Assembly: GCA_963805085.1 (NCBI GenBank) | Contig: CAWDTA010000001.1 | Coordinates: forward strand, 322,800-386,799 | DNA length: 64,000 bases | Direction: 5' to 3' | DNA from: an uncultured Veillonellaceae bacterium | Lineage (GTDB): Bacteria; Bacillota; Negativicutes; JARBTT01 | Shown here: piece after piece, positions 41,477 to 52,402 of the stretch | How positions within the stretch are numbered: position 1 is the first letter of the stretch | Layout of the letters: every line of letters begins with the position of its first letter | The notes under the pieces: generated by a model | Seen by the model: only the letters and a program-made list of their open reading frames with translations | Told to the model about the DNA's origin: nothing | Databases searched by the model: none | Translations under genes and position numbers: made by a program

Positions 41477-42184
41477 TTGGCAAATCCCGTAATTTCAAAA
41501 GTAAGAGACATCAGTGGTTACAGCAGTGAAACTGCTACTTATGTTGGTGTAGCAACAAAAAGCCTTGCATTAGTAGGTATTGTTACGGCTTCAGCATTGG
41601 TAACTTGGACAATGGGGTACGCTACTCCAATTACGGCCACAGTTACAGCAATTATGGGTTTCATTGCGGCTCTTGCAATAAGCTTTCGTCCAACTTGGGC
41701 TGGATTTTTATCGCCACTTTACGCCATATTGGAAGGGATGTTTTTAGCCTCAATATCGTTTATGTTTGCGAAAGCGTATCACGGTATTGTTCTGAATGCT
41801 GTTTTGATAACCTTTGGTATCGCAATTAGCTCAGCCCTTGTTTATGCAAAAGGGTATGTAAAAGTAAATGAAAAATTCATGAGAGCAGTTTATATGGCTA
41901 CTCTTGGGATAGCGATAACGTATCTTATTGAGTTTGTTTTAAGTTTCTTTGGAATTCGTATCCCACAGATTCACCAAGGTGGAATGATTGGGATTATCTT
42001 TAGCCTAGTCGTGGTCGGTGTTGCTACTTTAAACTTGTTTATTGATTACGAAAATATCAGCCAAAGTGTAAGGCAAGGATTACCGAAAGACTATGAATGG
42101 TTCTGTGCCTTCGGTCTTCTTGTAACTCTCATTTGGTTATACGTTGAAATCTTGAACCTTCTTCGTAAATTGAAAGAAGAATAG
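41477..42184 (+). CDS. Bax inhibitor-1/YccA family membrane protein
   Basis: LYAILEG and EWFCAFGLLVTLIWLYVEIL; multiple transmembrane segments. Confidence 0.85.
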   Translation: MANPVISKVRDISGYSSETATYVGVATKSLALVGIVTASALVTWTMGYATPITATVTAIMGFIAALAISFRPTWAGFLSPLYAILEGMFLASISFMFAKAYHGIVLNAVLITFGIAISSALVYAKGYVKVNEKFMRAVYMATLGIAITYLIEFVLSFFGIRIPQIHQGGMIGIIFSLVVVGVATLNLFIDYENISQSVRQGLPKDYEWFCAFGLLVTLIWLYVEILNLLRKLKEE

Positions 42185-42348
42185 TCAAGGTAAAAAAAGA
42201 TAAGTCTTTGGCATATATGCTAGGGACTTATCTTTTTTATATTTCAACTTCTTGCCTAATCCGATCATCTCGCCCCAGACGATTAATATTGGTAATAAGA
42301 TCAAATAGCTTTTCATATAAATTAACTTTCTTTCCTTTGGTATTTAGC

Positions 42349-42451
42349 AACATATACCTTTGAGTTAACTTGAAATCAATAGTTGTTTTCAAAAAAAAAT
42401 GATTTTTACGTAAAATTTTCTTGCTCTTAAGTTAACTCAAAGTGTTAATAT
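42349..42451. promoter_or_regulatory. Divergent pair of MerR-type promoters
   Basis: Two AGTTAACT-centred palindromes, each within a 19-bp -35/-10 spacer (minus strand 42349-42379; plus strand 42421-42451). Confidence 0.5.
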
Positions 42452-42512
42452 AATAGAAAGAGGGCAACCCCTTCGTTTTTTATTGAGCCTAACGAGGAGT
42501 GATATATCATCT

Positions 42513-43613
42513 ATGAAAAATCGTTTTAATTTTTTTATATTTATCGGCACCGTCGGCATGGCAGGTGGAATTGGGCAATGGCTTATGTACCGCCGGGGTC
42601 TGGTGTTCCTAGAGCAAGATTGGACACTTGCATTCTTCTTACTGCTGCCATTAACTTTTGTTTTGCCAAATGTTGTCGAAAAACATCTGCCGCGGGCAGT
42701 GACAAAGGTGCTTGCCTTGGTCGGTGGCTATTGGTTCATTTTTTGCTACTATTCCATTTTCCTGATGTTGATCTATTTCCTGATTTACTTAGGGAGCATG
42801 ATTCTCCAGCAGCCAATGTTTTGGCAAGCTTTCTCCGGTAACTTTGCCGCAGGGGCTTTTCCGGTTCTATTGCTGGTTATCGCTTTAGGGAGTTGGAATG
42901 CTTTTCACCCCGTCTATCGGAGGATCAATATAATCACTGACAAGCGTTTACCTAGGAAAATAACAATTGCTTTTGCAAGTGATATTCATTTAGGAGCTAT
43001 CTTAGGCAATAACTATAGCAAAAAGTTTGCTGAGAAAATCAATGAGATAAAACCAGACGTTGTAATTCTCGGCGGCGACATCATCGATGGTAATCTAGAG
43101 TTCGTCATAGAGGACGGAAGCTATAAAAGTCTTAAAAACATTAAAGCACCGCTGGGAATATATGCCGTGTACGGCAACCATGATTATTATGGCGAAGATA
43201 TAATAAAAGAGCAGGAAATGCTGGCACCTGCTGGAATCCGTTTTTTGAAAGACCAATCTGTCATTTTAGAAAATAGCGTCCAAATCACCGGCCTAGACGA
43301 TTTCCTTTATAACCCGAGAAATAAAGTTCCGCAGCAGGATAACGGCTTTTTCAAAATTCTTGTGGATCATGAGCCATGGCGGATTAAGGAAGCAGCTAAT
43401 ACAGGATATGATCTATATCTGGCTGGTCATACGCATGCAGGGCAGTTTTATCCGAACAGTATCGTTACCAAAAGAATATATGATTTAGATTATGGCAGCA
43501 AGATGTTCGGGAAAATGATGGCCGTCGTTTCGAACGGATACGGCTTCTGGGGGATACCGGTAAGAATAGGCCCGGCGCCAGAAATCGTAGTCGTCAATTT
43601 AGAGAGCGAATAA
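42513..43613 (+). CDS. Membrane-anchored metallophosphoesterase (YkuE/YaeI-like)
   Basis: SDIH, GGDIID, GNHD and GHTHAGQ; start set at the ATG after GGAG. Confidence 0.88.
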   Translation: MKNRFNFFIFIGTVGMAGGIGQWLMYRRGLVFLEQDWTLAFFLLLPLTFVLPNVVEKHLPRAVTKVLALVGGYWFIFCYYSIFLMLIYFLIYLGSMILQQPMFWQAFSGNFAAGAFPVLLLVIALGSWNAFHPVYRRINIITDKRLPRKITIAFASDIHLGAILGNNYSKKFAEKINEIKPDVVILGGDIIDGNLEFVIEDGSYKSLKNIKAPLGIYAVYGNHDYYGEDIIKEQEMLAPAGIRFLKDQSVILENSVQITGLDDFLYNPRNKVPQQDNGFFKILVDHEPWRIKEAANTGYDLYLAGHTHAGQFYPNSIVTKRIYDLDYGSKMFGKMMAVVSNGYGFWGIPVRIGPAPEIVVVNLESE

Positions 43614-43716
43614 AGCGCTCCATTATAAATAAAAAAGTCGGAAAGAGCCTAACGTATGGGGATTGTATGAGTACGCACTTTAGATTAGGAAAAGTGTGCT
43701 CAATGAATATGAAATG

Positions 43717-44784
43717 CTATTTTTCAAAGATATATGCTTTAAATGCAGTTGGTATGGCGAAGTTTTTGGTGCGTTGTTCGTGGCTAATCCAATGCCAAGG
43801 GGAGTGCGCTGGTAACGCACGTAGTGTAATCGCATAGCCGATCATGTGCCATTCGATGTGTGTAAAGATATGTTTGGCGGGAGGCAGAGCTTGGATACTT
43901 TGGATTTGCAAGCATAGGTTTGCGACGTGATTTTTTATCTCTTCGATGGAAAGGTGACCTTCAATATGCGGTAATTCCCACATATTGGCAAGTAGACCTT
44001 TGTTAGGTCGTTGTTGAAAGGCTATTTTGTCTTGATATTGCAGGCAGAGCATCGTAAGTTTTTCAGGGCGACGGGCTTTTTTGGGTGTTTTTACGGGGAT
44101 TTCAGGGGTGCAGTCTTCAGCATGGCTTAGACAAAGTTGTTTGAGGGGACAAAGTGGACATTTGGCTGCGCCTTTGGGTAAACAAATCATAGCACCGAGT
44201 TCCATCAACGCTTGGTTGAAATCACCGGCTTTATCAGTGGGCATGATTTCTTGCAGATAGGCTTCAATCATTTTTCTGGTTTTTTCTTTCATGATATCTT
44301 CACGACTCGCGATGAGACGGGTAATCACGCGGAGGACATTGCCATCGACGGCTGGGACGCCGATATGATAAGCAATCGAAGCGATGGCCCCGGCGGTGTA
44401 GCGTCCGATGCCGGGCAGTGCTAAAAGTGCATCGTAGGATGATGGTAGATTACCAGTATGTTCCTGCATGATTTGTTGCGCGGCTTTTTGCAGATTGCGC
44501 GCGCGATTATAGTATCCGAGTCCTTCCCAAAGTTTGAGCAGGTCGCCTTCAGGTACTCCGGCAAGCGCTTGGACTGTAGGGAGTGCGGTAATAAAACGGT
44601 CGAAGTATGGTTTTACTGCTTCGACACGCGTCTGTTGTAGCATGATTTCTGAAATCCATACATAATAAGGCTTAGGATTTTCGCGCCAAGGAAGAATTCT
44701 AGCTTGGCTATGATACCAGCGGAGCAATGGGGTGACAATTTCTGAAAGCATTTTTATTTGTTTTGTATTATTGGTTGTTTGCAT
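43717..44784 (-). CDS. mutY: A/G-specific adenine glycosylase
   Basis: WISEIMLQQT, GLGYYNRARNL, LPGIGRYTA, VDGNV and an Fe-S CxxxxxxxCxxCxxxxxC-type motif. Confidence 0.95.
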   Translation of the reverse strand: MQTTNNTKQIKMLSEIVTPLLRWYHSQARILPWRENPKPYYVWISEIMLQQTRVEAVKPYFDRFITALPTVQALAGVPEGDLLKLWEGLGYYNRARNLQKAAQQIMQEHTGNLPSSYDALLALPGIGRYTAGAIASIAYHIGVPAVDGNVLRVITRLIASREDIMKEKTRKMIEAYLQEIMPTDKAGDFNQALMELGAMICLPKGAAKCPLCPLKQLCLSHAEDCTPEIPVKTPKKARRPEKLTMLCLQYQDKIAFQQRPNKGLLANMWELPHIEGHLSIEEIKNHVANLCLQIQSIQALPPAKHIFTHIEWHMIGYAITLRALPAHSPWHWISHEQRTKNFAIPTAFKAYIFEK

Positions 44785-45343
44785 AAATTTGTTCTGCCTT
44801 TTTTATTAATTTTTGGTAAATAGGTAACATATGTGTTTCATTGCAATAAGTGCCGATTTCTTTTAGCGGAATCCAGTATGCACCGCTATTTTCGCTTGGA
44901 TTATATTGCAGAGTTTCCTGTTCATCCGCGATGAGTAGATATGCACAGGACAGGTGTAAATGTGTATTAACAAATTTTCCTCGTTTGATATGACTGAATA
45001 CAGGGAGAATATCAAGTGCGGCAATTTCAGATGAGAGTGGCTTAACAGACGTGATGCCAGCTTCTTCCTGGGCTTCTTTTAATGCAACGTGAAGTAAATC
45101 AGCATCTCCATCTGCATGACCACCTGTCCAGCCCCATGAGTGATAGATATTATGATGAATCATGAGTGTTTTGTCAAAAGTAGCATTTAATATAAAGCCC
45201 GAGGCTGTCAGATGAGCGATGGTGTTATCGCGTAATAAAATTGTATGAGAAAAATGTTTAATCATCATAAGAATGGCTGCCTTGTCAGCAGTTTCTTGTT
45301 CGTTTAATGGTTGGTATTGTTCGATTTGTTTGATAAAATTCAA
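44768..45343 (-). CDS. NUDIX hydrolase
   Basis: GGHADG...ALKEAQEEAG Nudix box. Confidence 0.85.
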   Translation of the reverse strand: MNFIKQIEQYQPLNEQETADKAAILMMIKHFSHTILLRDNTIAHLTASGFILNATFDKTLMIHHNIYHSWGWTGGHADGDADLLHVALKEAQEEAGITSVKPLSSEIAALDILPVFSHIKRGKFVNTHLHLSCAYLLIADEQETLQYNPSENSGAYWIPLKEIGTYCNETHMLPIYQKLIKKAEQIYANNQ

Positions 45344-45509
45344 AGAAATAAAACCTCTTTTCTAATAAGCATACTTATTATTTTACCATGAAAAAAGATC
45401 ATATATCAAAAATTTCTTAATTGGATCAGCTTTTATTGAAAAATGAATAGAATAGTTTTATGATAAAAGAAAGTTCATTATACACTTAATTAAAAGGTGG
45501 GGCGTATGA

Positions 45510-45797
45510 GTGGAAAGTAATAATTTAGTAAGAATTTTTGCTGTTGCATCGGGTCGTGTTCAGGGAGTGGGGTTTCGGTATTTTGTTCAGAGCAGTGCTT
45601 TAAAGCATTCCGTTACAGGCTGGGTTAAAAATATGAATGATGGTACGGTGGAAATGGAGCTTCAAGGAACGGAACCGAATGTTCATCGTTTACTTGCTGT
45701 CATAGAAAAGGGAAATATGTTTTGCCGGGTTGATGGTTTGGAGCTTAATCCATTAGAAAATCATTTAGAAGAAAATGAATTTAAGATAGCACATTGA
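45510..45797 (+). CDS. acyP: Acylphosphatase
   Basis: GRVQGVGFR and GWVKN..DGTVE. Confidence 0.9.
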   Translation: MESNNLVRIFAVASGRVQGVGFRYFVQSSALKHSVTGWVKNMNDGTVEMELQGTEPNVHRLLAVIEKGNMFCRVDGLELNPLENHLEENEFKIAH

Positions 45798-45911
45798 TGA
45801 TGGATAAAATAAAAAGCGTTCCAAAGCTAGCGAAGCCGTGGAAACGCCAATTACAGGGGAGTTAAAGTATTTTTTATACAAAATGATCTGGTCATTCTAG
45901 GACTGCGTTAT

Positions 45912-46184
45912 TCAGCGCAAATACTGCGCTATTATTTGTCTAACATCTTGTTCTATTTTTTTGTTGTTTTCGTCGATAAGATCAGTCATAAGTGGCTTTA
46001 CAATTTTTTCAAGATAAACATTAGAGAATTCACTGATTTTAAGAGTTATATCGTCTGAAGTTTTTGCACTTGGCTTTAGAAGTTTAGAATACTTAGTAAT
46101 TTCATCATTGTAAATTTTATAATATTTTGTTTGATCTAAATTGCTGATAATGGCACTTAGTTCTTCTTTACTTAAACCTAACAT
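45912..46184 (-). CDS. Hypothetical protein
   Basis: 90-aa ORF with AGGAGG RBS. Confidence 0.65.
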   Translation of the reverse strand: MLGLSKEELSAIISNLDQTKYYKIYNDEITKYSKLLKPSAKTSDDITLKISEFSNVYLEKIVKPLMTDLIDENNKKIEQDVRQIIAQYLR

Positions 46185-46363
46185 TTATAAAACCTCCTAT
46201 AGTTCAGTATATTATTACGACTTAATAAAAATGCAAGCTATTTTGTAAATAAATTAGAGGGCTTCTTTCCGATAAAATAATATTAAAGTGAAAAAGACAG
46301 ACTATTTATCTCAATCAAGAAAATGATATGAAATAAATAGTCTGTTCTTTTGTTAATCTTGTA

Positions 46364-48829
46364 TTATATGAATAAGTTTACGTTCGAATCTTCCGCTTCA
46401 TTGAGATAGTAGCCAACACCACCAATTTTTACATTGTCAATGAGTTCTTCTGGCTGTAATCCCATAACATCCATCGACATTTGACAAGCGACGATTTCTA
46501 TACCGGAATCCAAGGCTGATTGGATGAGATCCTCAAGGGAATTTATATTTTTGTTTTTCATAATCTTACGCATCATTTTTGTACCTAAGCCTAACATGTT
46601 CATATTTGATAATGTTAGATTTTTAGAACCTCGCGGCATCATGAATTCAAACATTTTTGCGACGATTCCTTTTTGAACGGCAACTTTTTCTGGCTTTCTT
46701 AAAATGTTAAGACCCCAGAAGGTGAAAAACATGGTTACTTTCTTGCCCATCGAAGCAGCACCATTGGCGATAATAAACGAGGCGATTGCTTTATCGAGAT
46801 CGCCGCTAAAAACAACGATGGTTTTATTATCTTTGCTAGCAGGTAATGTTGTAGTGCATGTGCTTGGCTGATCGGAAACCTGCATTTTTTTTATGAAGGC
46901 AATAATTTGTCCGTTTAATTCTTTCCGTTTGATAAGCTGATGGTTTGTTCTTTGACACCAAGCGTTAATATCTTCGTAAAAACCGGGATCAGAGGCAATA
47001 ACTTTAAGAGTTTGATCAGGCTTCATTTCGTCAATAGAAGCTTTGACTTGCATTAATGGTCCAGGGCAAGAAAGTCCAGAAGCATCTAGGATTTTATCAT
47101 AAGTTTCTTGTTGGTCTTCTTTATCTGTTAGTGAAGTATTTTGGAGAACAGATACCTTTTCTTTCGGTGCAGTGGGCGGCTTTGGCTGAAACTGTAGCGA
47201 GGAGGCTAATTTGTAACCGCCAGCTAATGTTTTCGCATTAAAACCATTTTCCATCAAGATTCTAGAGGCGATATAGCTGCGAATACCTACTTGACAGTAC
47301 GTTAAAATTACTTTGTTTTTATCTAATGCGTCTAATTTTTCGCGGAGATCATCAACGGGGATGTTTACCGCTCCCTCTAGATGGTTATTGTTAAATTCAA
47401 GGTCAGTGCGTACATCAAGTAAAATAGTCGTAGCTTTATCGTAAGTCTCTAGTTCATTATAGTGAAAGGTTTGCATACGGCCGGCTAATATATTTTCTGC
47501 TACATAACCAGCCATGTTTACAGGATCTTTGGCAGAGGAGAATGGAGGAGCATACGAAAGTTCGAGTTCCGTTAAATCAGATACTTTTCCGCCTAGCCGC
47601 ATGACGGTGGCAATGACATCGATTCGTTTATCTACGCCAGTATAGCCGATCCCTTGTGCACCTAAAATAGTGCCTTCATCATTAAAAATGAGCTTTAGAG
47701 ATAATGGTAATGCATTCGGATAGTAGGAAGCATGTGAAAATGGGTGAATATAAGCTGCCTTATGGGCAATATTTAATCTATTTAATGTTCTTTCGTTATT
47801 GCCAGTACTTGCAGCAGTTAAGCCAAATATTTTAATTATCGAAGTGCCTTGTGTTCCTTTGTAGGTTGAATGAATGCCGGCGATATTGTCAGCGACAATT
47901 CTACCCTGCTTGTTTGCAGGACCAGCAAGGGGAATGGTGGTTTTTTGTTTAGTTACAAAATCAACAACTTCAATAGCATCACCAATGGCGTAAATATCTG
48001 AAAAAGAAGTCTGCATTTTTTCGTTTACTACGATATGCCCTTTGCTACCTAAGGTGATACCGGAAGTTTTGATAAACGCAGTATCTGGTTTTACTCCGAT
48101 TGCTAATATAACTAAATCTGCATAAAGTGATGTAGTATCTTTTAAAATAATTTCAAGACCATTATTATATTCTTTAAAGGCAGTTACGCCATTATTTAGA
48201 ATTAATTGTACGCCGTTATCTTCCAATTCTTTTTCTAAAAGTACTGCCATATCGTTATCAAAGGGAGCCATAATATGTGGTGCAGATTGTACTAAAGTTA
48301 CATCTAGACCTCGATCTCTTAGATTTTCCGCCATTTCTACACCGATAAAGCCTCCACCGATAACAGCTATATTTTGTATATTTTGTTGGTCAACAAATTC
48401 TTTTATATTGTCAGTGTCCGCGATATTTCTTAAAGTAAGGATTTTATTGTTGTCAATTCCAGGAAGAGGGGGTTTGATTGCCTTAGCTCCTGGCGATAAA
48501 ATAAGATAATCATAGCTTTCTTCATAAGTACCTTTTTCTTTACTGTTTACAACTACTAATTTTTGTTCTGGTTTGATGTCAGTTACTTCGCTGTAGTTTC
48601 TCACATCGATATTAAAACGGTTTTTCATTCCGATTGGTGTTTGGACAAGTAGGTTACTGCGTTGTTTAATATTTTCACCAATGTAATAAGGGAGTCCACA
48701 ATTGGCAAAAGAGATATGTTCATCTCTTTCAAACATGATAATTTCAGCTGTTTCATCTAACCTTCTCAGTCTTGCCGCCGCAGAAGCCCCTCCAGCAACA
48801 CCACCGACAATTACTATTTTTTTAGCCAT
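46364..48829 (-). CDS. CoA-disulfide/persulfide reductase fused to rhodanese, TusA-like and DsrE/F-like domains
   Basis: GGVAGG, SFANCGLPY, rhodanese YCQVGIRS, TusA CPGP and DsrE FFTFWGL/ACQMSM; start at MAKK after GGAGG. Confidence 0.9.
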   Translation of the reverse strand: MAKKIVIVGGVAGGASAAARLRRLDETAEIIMFERDEHISFANCGLPYYIGENIKQRSNLLVQTPIGMKNRFNIDVRNYSEVTDIKPEQKLVVVNSKEKGTYEESYDYLILSPGAKAIKPPLPGIDNNKILTLRNIADTDNIKEFVDQQNIQNIAVIGGGFIGVEMAENLRDRGLDVTLVQSAPHIMAPFDNDMAVLLEKELEDNGVQLILNNGVTAFKEYNNGLEIILKDTTSLYADLVILAIGVKPDTAFIKTSGITLGSKGHIVVNEKMQTSFSDIYAIGDAIEVVDFVTKQKTTIPLAGPANKQGRIVADNIAGIHSTYKGTQGTSIIKIFGLTAASTGNNERTLNRLNIAHKAAYIHPFSHASYYPNALPLSLKLIFNDEGTILGAQGIGYTGVDKRIDVIATVMRLGGKVSDLTELELSYAPPFSSAKDPVNMAGYVAENILAGRMQTFHYNELETYDKATTILLDVRTDLEFNNNHLEGAVNIPVDDLREKLDALDKNKVILTYCQVGIRSYIASRILMENGFNAKTLAGGYKLASSLQFQPKPPTAPKEKVSVLQNTSLTDKEDQQETYDKILDASGLSCPGPLMQVKASIDEMKPDQTLKVIASDPGFYEDINAWCQRTNHQLIKRKELNGQIIAFIKKMQVSDQPSTCTTTLPASKDNKTIVVFSGDLDKAIASFIIANGAASMGKKVTMFFTFWGLNILRKPEKVAVQKGIVAKMFEFMMPRGSKNLTLSNMNMLGLGTKMMRKIMKNKNINSLEDLIQSALDSGIEIVACQMSMDVMGLQPEELIDNVKIGGVGYYLNEAEDSNVNLFI

Positions 48830-48864
48830 AACAAAAACCTCCTTCATTTATTTTACATGTAAGT

Positions 48865-49173
48865 TTATTTTTGATCATTGTGAAAAAATATATCCAGTAA
48901 AGCAATGACTCTTGGATCACATACTTTATAATTAATCTCTAATCCATTACGCACGCCAATAATGATTCCAGCGGTGCGTAACTTTTGCAAATGTTGAGAA
49001 ATTGTTGATTGCGGTGTATCAAGACAAGCCTGCATATGGGAGACATTACATTCGCCTTTTTCAATAAGTCCTTTGACAATGCAAAGTCTAACTGGATGAG
49101 CAAGTACTTTTAAAAATTCTGCGATTGCAGTTAATTCAGCAAAGTTATTATTCACGCTAGCACTCCTTTTCAA
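48865..49173 (-). CDS. ArsR/SmtB-family regulator
   Basis: LKVLAHPVRLCI and QSTISQHLQKLR. Confidence 0.88.
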   Translation of the reverse strand: MKRSASVNNNFAELTAIAEFLKVLAHPVRLCIVKGLIEKGECNVSHMQACLDTPQSTISQHLQKLRTAGIIIGVRNGLEINYKVCDPRVIALLDIFFHNDQK

Positions 49174-49348
49174 TTTATTGTATCAATATATTTATATATT
49201 ACGATATAATGATATATAAAGTCAATTACTATATTATTAATTTAGGGACAAATATTTTGACACTCGATGAATATGCTTTATAATAATACCAAGTCATAAA
49301 ATTAAAAGGTCAATGAGGTATCGGTTGAGATAACATAATTCATAAAGG

Positions 49349-49564
49349 GTGGTCGTAAAAGTGGAGTTACCAGATGAAACTAAAGAAGAAGTCGAAAAAA
49401 ATGAAGCAGAGAAAAGAAGTTTATCCAATGTGCTGATGATAGCAGGCACAGTGATTGCTTGTATTGGTTTTTCTTTAGGAATGCAATTGTTCATTGCACT
49501 AGGAATAGGCACGATGATTGTGGGAGGATTTCTTGGGGTTTTCAAACAAAAAAATAGCAACTAG
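49349..49564 (+). CDS. Small membrane protein
   Basis: Two hydrophobic segments. Confidence 0.5.
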   Translation: MVVKVELPDETKEEVEKNEAEKRSLSNVLMIAGTVIACIGFSLGMQLFIALGIGTMIVGGFLGVFKQKNSN

Positions 49565-49590
49565 TTTTTGCTAGTTGCTATTTTTTATTA

Positions 49591-50226
49591 CTAGAGGATG
49601 CCACCATTTGTATCAATAGTTACGATTTCACAAGCGATGTTTTTACCGCTAGCTTCAAGTGCTTGTTTTACCGCAAATTCAATACCGCCACAGCATGGTA
49701 CAATCATACGCGTTACGGTTACACTGTTAATGTGATTGTGTTTGAAAATTTCAGTCAATTTTTCGGCATAATTCACCATATCTAATTTAGGACAGCCGAT
49801 CAGCGTTACTTTATCTTTCATAAATTGATTGTGGAAATTAGCATAAGCATAAGCTGTGCAGTCGGTGGCAATCAGCAAATCACGATTATTGAAAAAATTA
49901 GCAGTCGGATGAACTAATTTAATTTGTACTGGCCATTGTCTCAGCTCAGATTCTATTGTAATCTCAGGTTGTGCTTTTAACTGCGTTTTTTTGCTCATGT
50001 TTTCTTTAACGGCAATTTCGTCGTAAGCCAAAGCTTCACGTTCTTCAAAAGTAATTGCGTTGGTTGGACATACAGGTAAGCAATCTCCTAAGCCATCACA
50101 ATAATCATCGCGGATTAATTTTGCTTTACCATTGACCATAGCGATAGCACTTTCATGACACGCTTTTGCACAAAGTCCGCAGCCGTTACATTTTTCAGTG
50201 TCAATTTTTATAATTTTTCTTAACAT
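49591..50226 (-). CDS. 4Fe-4S dicluster protein (hcp-associated ferredoxin type)
   Basis: CNGCGLCAKAC, CDGLGDCLPVCP, LRQWPVQIKL, GCPKLD and VPCCGG. Confidence 0.88.
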   Translation of the reverse strand: MLRKIIKIDTEKCNGCGLCAKACHESAIAMVNGKAKLIRDDYCDGLGDCLPVCPTNAITFEEREALAYDEIAVKENMSKKTQLKAQPEITIESELRQWPVQIKLVHPTANFFNNRDLLIATDCTAYAYANFHNQFMKDKVTLIGCPKLDMVNYAEKLTEIFKHNHINSVTVTRMIVPCCGGIEFAVKQALEASGKNIACEIVTIDTNGGIL

Positions 50227-50310
50227 TTCTTTATCTCCTTTATCGTTTGTAGATGAATTAAACGAAGCTTTTCTATAGTTATGAGTATACTATAATGCAA
50301 TAATAATAGC

Positions 50311-50326
50311 TGTTGCAATTGCAACA
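50311..50326. promoter_or_regulatory. Putative Crp/Fnr (HcpR-like) binding palindrome
   Basis: TGTTGCAATTGCAACA; near-identical site at 55488. Confidence 0.6.
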
Positions 50327-50436
50327 GCTATTAATTATTTGCATAAGCAAGGAATTTTCAAATTCTTTGTAGAAATATATAATTTAACTTATAATAGAGT
50401 TGTATTTTATTGCTTTAAGAAATTCAAAGGAGTGTT

Positions 50437-51582
50437 TTGGTGATTAATTATAATTTTTATAATCCAACCAGATTAGTTTTTGGTGAAAATACAATTGAAA
50501 AAATTGGTGAGTTGATTGCGCAGCGTGGCTATCGAAAAATCTTAATGATTGCTGGTGGCGGATCGATAAAGAAAAATGGTGTCTATGATGCGGTAGTTCG
50601 ATCCTTAGCCCAAAATCAAGTGGCATGGGTAGAATGCTGGGGCGTACAAGCGAATCCATGTTTAACAAAAGTCCGTGAAGCTATTGCTATAGCGAAAGAG
50701 GAAAGAGTAGAAGCAATACTTGCTGTTGGTGGCGGTAGTGTTATTGATACAACGAAAGCAACGGCAGCGGGGGTATTTGCAGCGGATATTTGGAAAGTGT
50801 TTGAACGGGAAGAAAAAATAATCAATGCCCTTCCTATTTTTACGGTACTGACCTTATCAGCAACCGCTTCGGAAATGAATTGCAGTGCGGTAATTACCAA
50901 CGAAGACGAAGGAAAAAAATATGGTACTGGGCATCCATTGCTTTATCCTGCAGTCTCGGTGATTGAACCAAGTGCGCAAAATAGTTTGCCCTGGGAGCAA
51001 ACGGTAAATGGTGCATTAGACGCTATGGCACATATTATGGAATTTTATTTTATGGGCACAATAGAAGAAACCGTGCTTGGTGTCGATGAAGCGTTATTAA
51101 AAAGTATTATCAAAGCGATAAGTAGATTAAAATTAAAACAAGATGATAGCATTGCTAGAGCGAACTTGGCTTGGGCAATTACTATGGGCTTGAATGGAAT
51201 CAGTGGTGCTGGTTTAAAAGGTGGTGACTGGGCCTGTCATGATATGTCACACAGCATTAGTTCTATGTATCATTCGATTGCACATGGCGCAGCACTAGGC
51301 GTACTTTTCCCTGCTTGGATGGAATATGTGTGCGAGACGAATCAACATCAGTTTGATCGTTTTGCGAAAGGTATTTTTGATTGTATTGATATCGAAGAGG
51401 GTGTCATTAAATTTAGAAATTTAATTAAAAGTTGGCAAGGCTGTACAACACTCAGTCAATTGGGTGTAAAAGAAGAAGATATTCCAGCACTTGCGAAAAT
51501 GACGGTAGCACGTGGAACGATTGGACGATTACAAACATTAGCTGAAAAAGATGTGGAGAACATTCTCCGACTTGCATATTAA
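50437..51582 (+). CDS. Iron-containing alcohol dehydrogenase (NADH-dependent butanol dehydrogenase-like)
   Basis: YNPTRLVFG, GGGSIK, AVGGGSVID, TLSATASEMN and His ligands. Confidence 0.88.
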   Translation: MVINYNFYNPTRLVFGENTIEKIGELIAQRGYRKILMIAGGGSIKKNGVYDAVVRSLAQNQVAWVECWGVQANPCLTKVREAIAIAKEERVEAILAVGGGSVIDTTKATAAGVFAADIWKVFEREEKIINALPIFTVLTLSATASEMNCSAVITNEDEGKKYGTGHPLLYPAVSVIEPSAQNSLPWEQTVNGALDAMAHIMEFYFMGTIEETVLGVDEALLKSIIKAISRLKLKQDDSIARANLAWAITMGLNGISGAGLKGGDWACHDMSHSISSMYHSIAHGAALGVLFPAWMEYVCETNQHQFDRFAKGIFDCIDIEEGVIKFRNLIKSWQGCTTLSQLGVKEEDIPALAKMTVARGTIGRLQTLAEKDVENILRLAY

Positions 51583-51718
51583 GTTATAGCGCAATGGAGC
51601 TGTTCACTTAGGTGGATAGCTCTTTTTGGTGGATAAAATGTACAGTGCTAAAAATAAAATTGATTAAAAATAAAAATAAGGCTAACATAAGGATATTACA
51701 GAAAAAAGGAGCGGTTTT

Positions 51719-52381
51719 ATGCGTGGTGTTTTTGATATTATTGGACCTATTATGATAGGTCCTTCGAGTTCGCATACAGCAGGTGCAGCCAGAATTGGAT
51801 TGATGGCACGTAAAATTTTAGGAGAAGAACCGCTGCAAGCTACAATCGAGTTGCATGGTTCTTTTGCGCAGACCTATAAAGGACATGGTACCGACAAGGC
51901 GATTATTGCGGGAATTATGGGATTTGCAACAGATGATGAAAGTATTAAAGATGCACTAAGTATCGCAGTTAGCAATGGATTAAAATATCAAATTAATACT
52001 ACTGATTTAGGGGATGCTCATCCCAATACGGCAGTTATTTATTTGATTGGCAAGGCAGGCCGGATGACACGTATTGTGGGGGCATCGGTCGGTGGTGGTA
52101 ATATACTGATTACCAATATTGATGGCTATGATGTTGAACTAACCGGTCAATATCATACGTTAATTAGTATTCATCATGATCGTCCAGGCGTAATTACAGA
52201 GGTTACGAGTATATTATCTAAGTACAAAATTAATATTGCATTTATGCGTGTTTCTCGTAAATCAAGAGGAGCAGAGGCGCTGATGATTATTGAAGTAGAT
52301 GAACAAATTTCTGATGATGTATTAGAAGAAACAAAACAGGTACGTGGCGTTGCGAATTCATTTCGTATTCCACCAATTTAA
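51719..52381 (+). CDS. sdaAB: L-serine dehydratase beta subunit
   Basis: IGPIMIGPSSSHTAGA, GHGTDKA and C-terminal ACT domain. Confidence 0.95.
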   Translation: MRGVFDIIGPIMIGPSSSHTAGAARIGLMARKILGEEPLQATIELHGSFAQTYKGHGTDKAIIAGIMGFATDDESIKDALSIAVSNGLKYQINTTDLGDAHPNTAVIYLIGKAGRMTRIVGASVGGGNILITNIDGYDVELTGQYHTLISIHHDRPGVITEVTSILSKYKINIAFMRVSRKSRGAEALMIIEVDEQISDDVLEETKQVRGVANSFRIPPI

Positions 52382-52402
52382 TAAAAGGTAAAGGAGTAAT
52401 CT

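Noticed and set aside
46364-49173. Four-domain CoA-disulfide reductase fusion with ArsR as a novel system
   Set aside because: This architecture is common in anaerobic Firmicutes.
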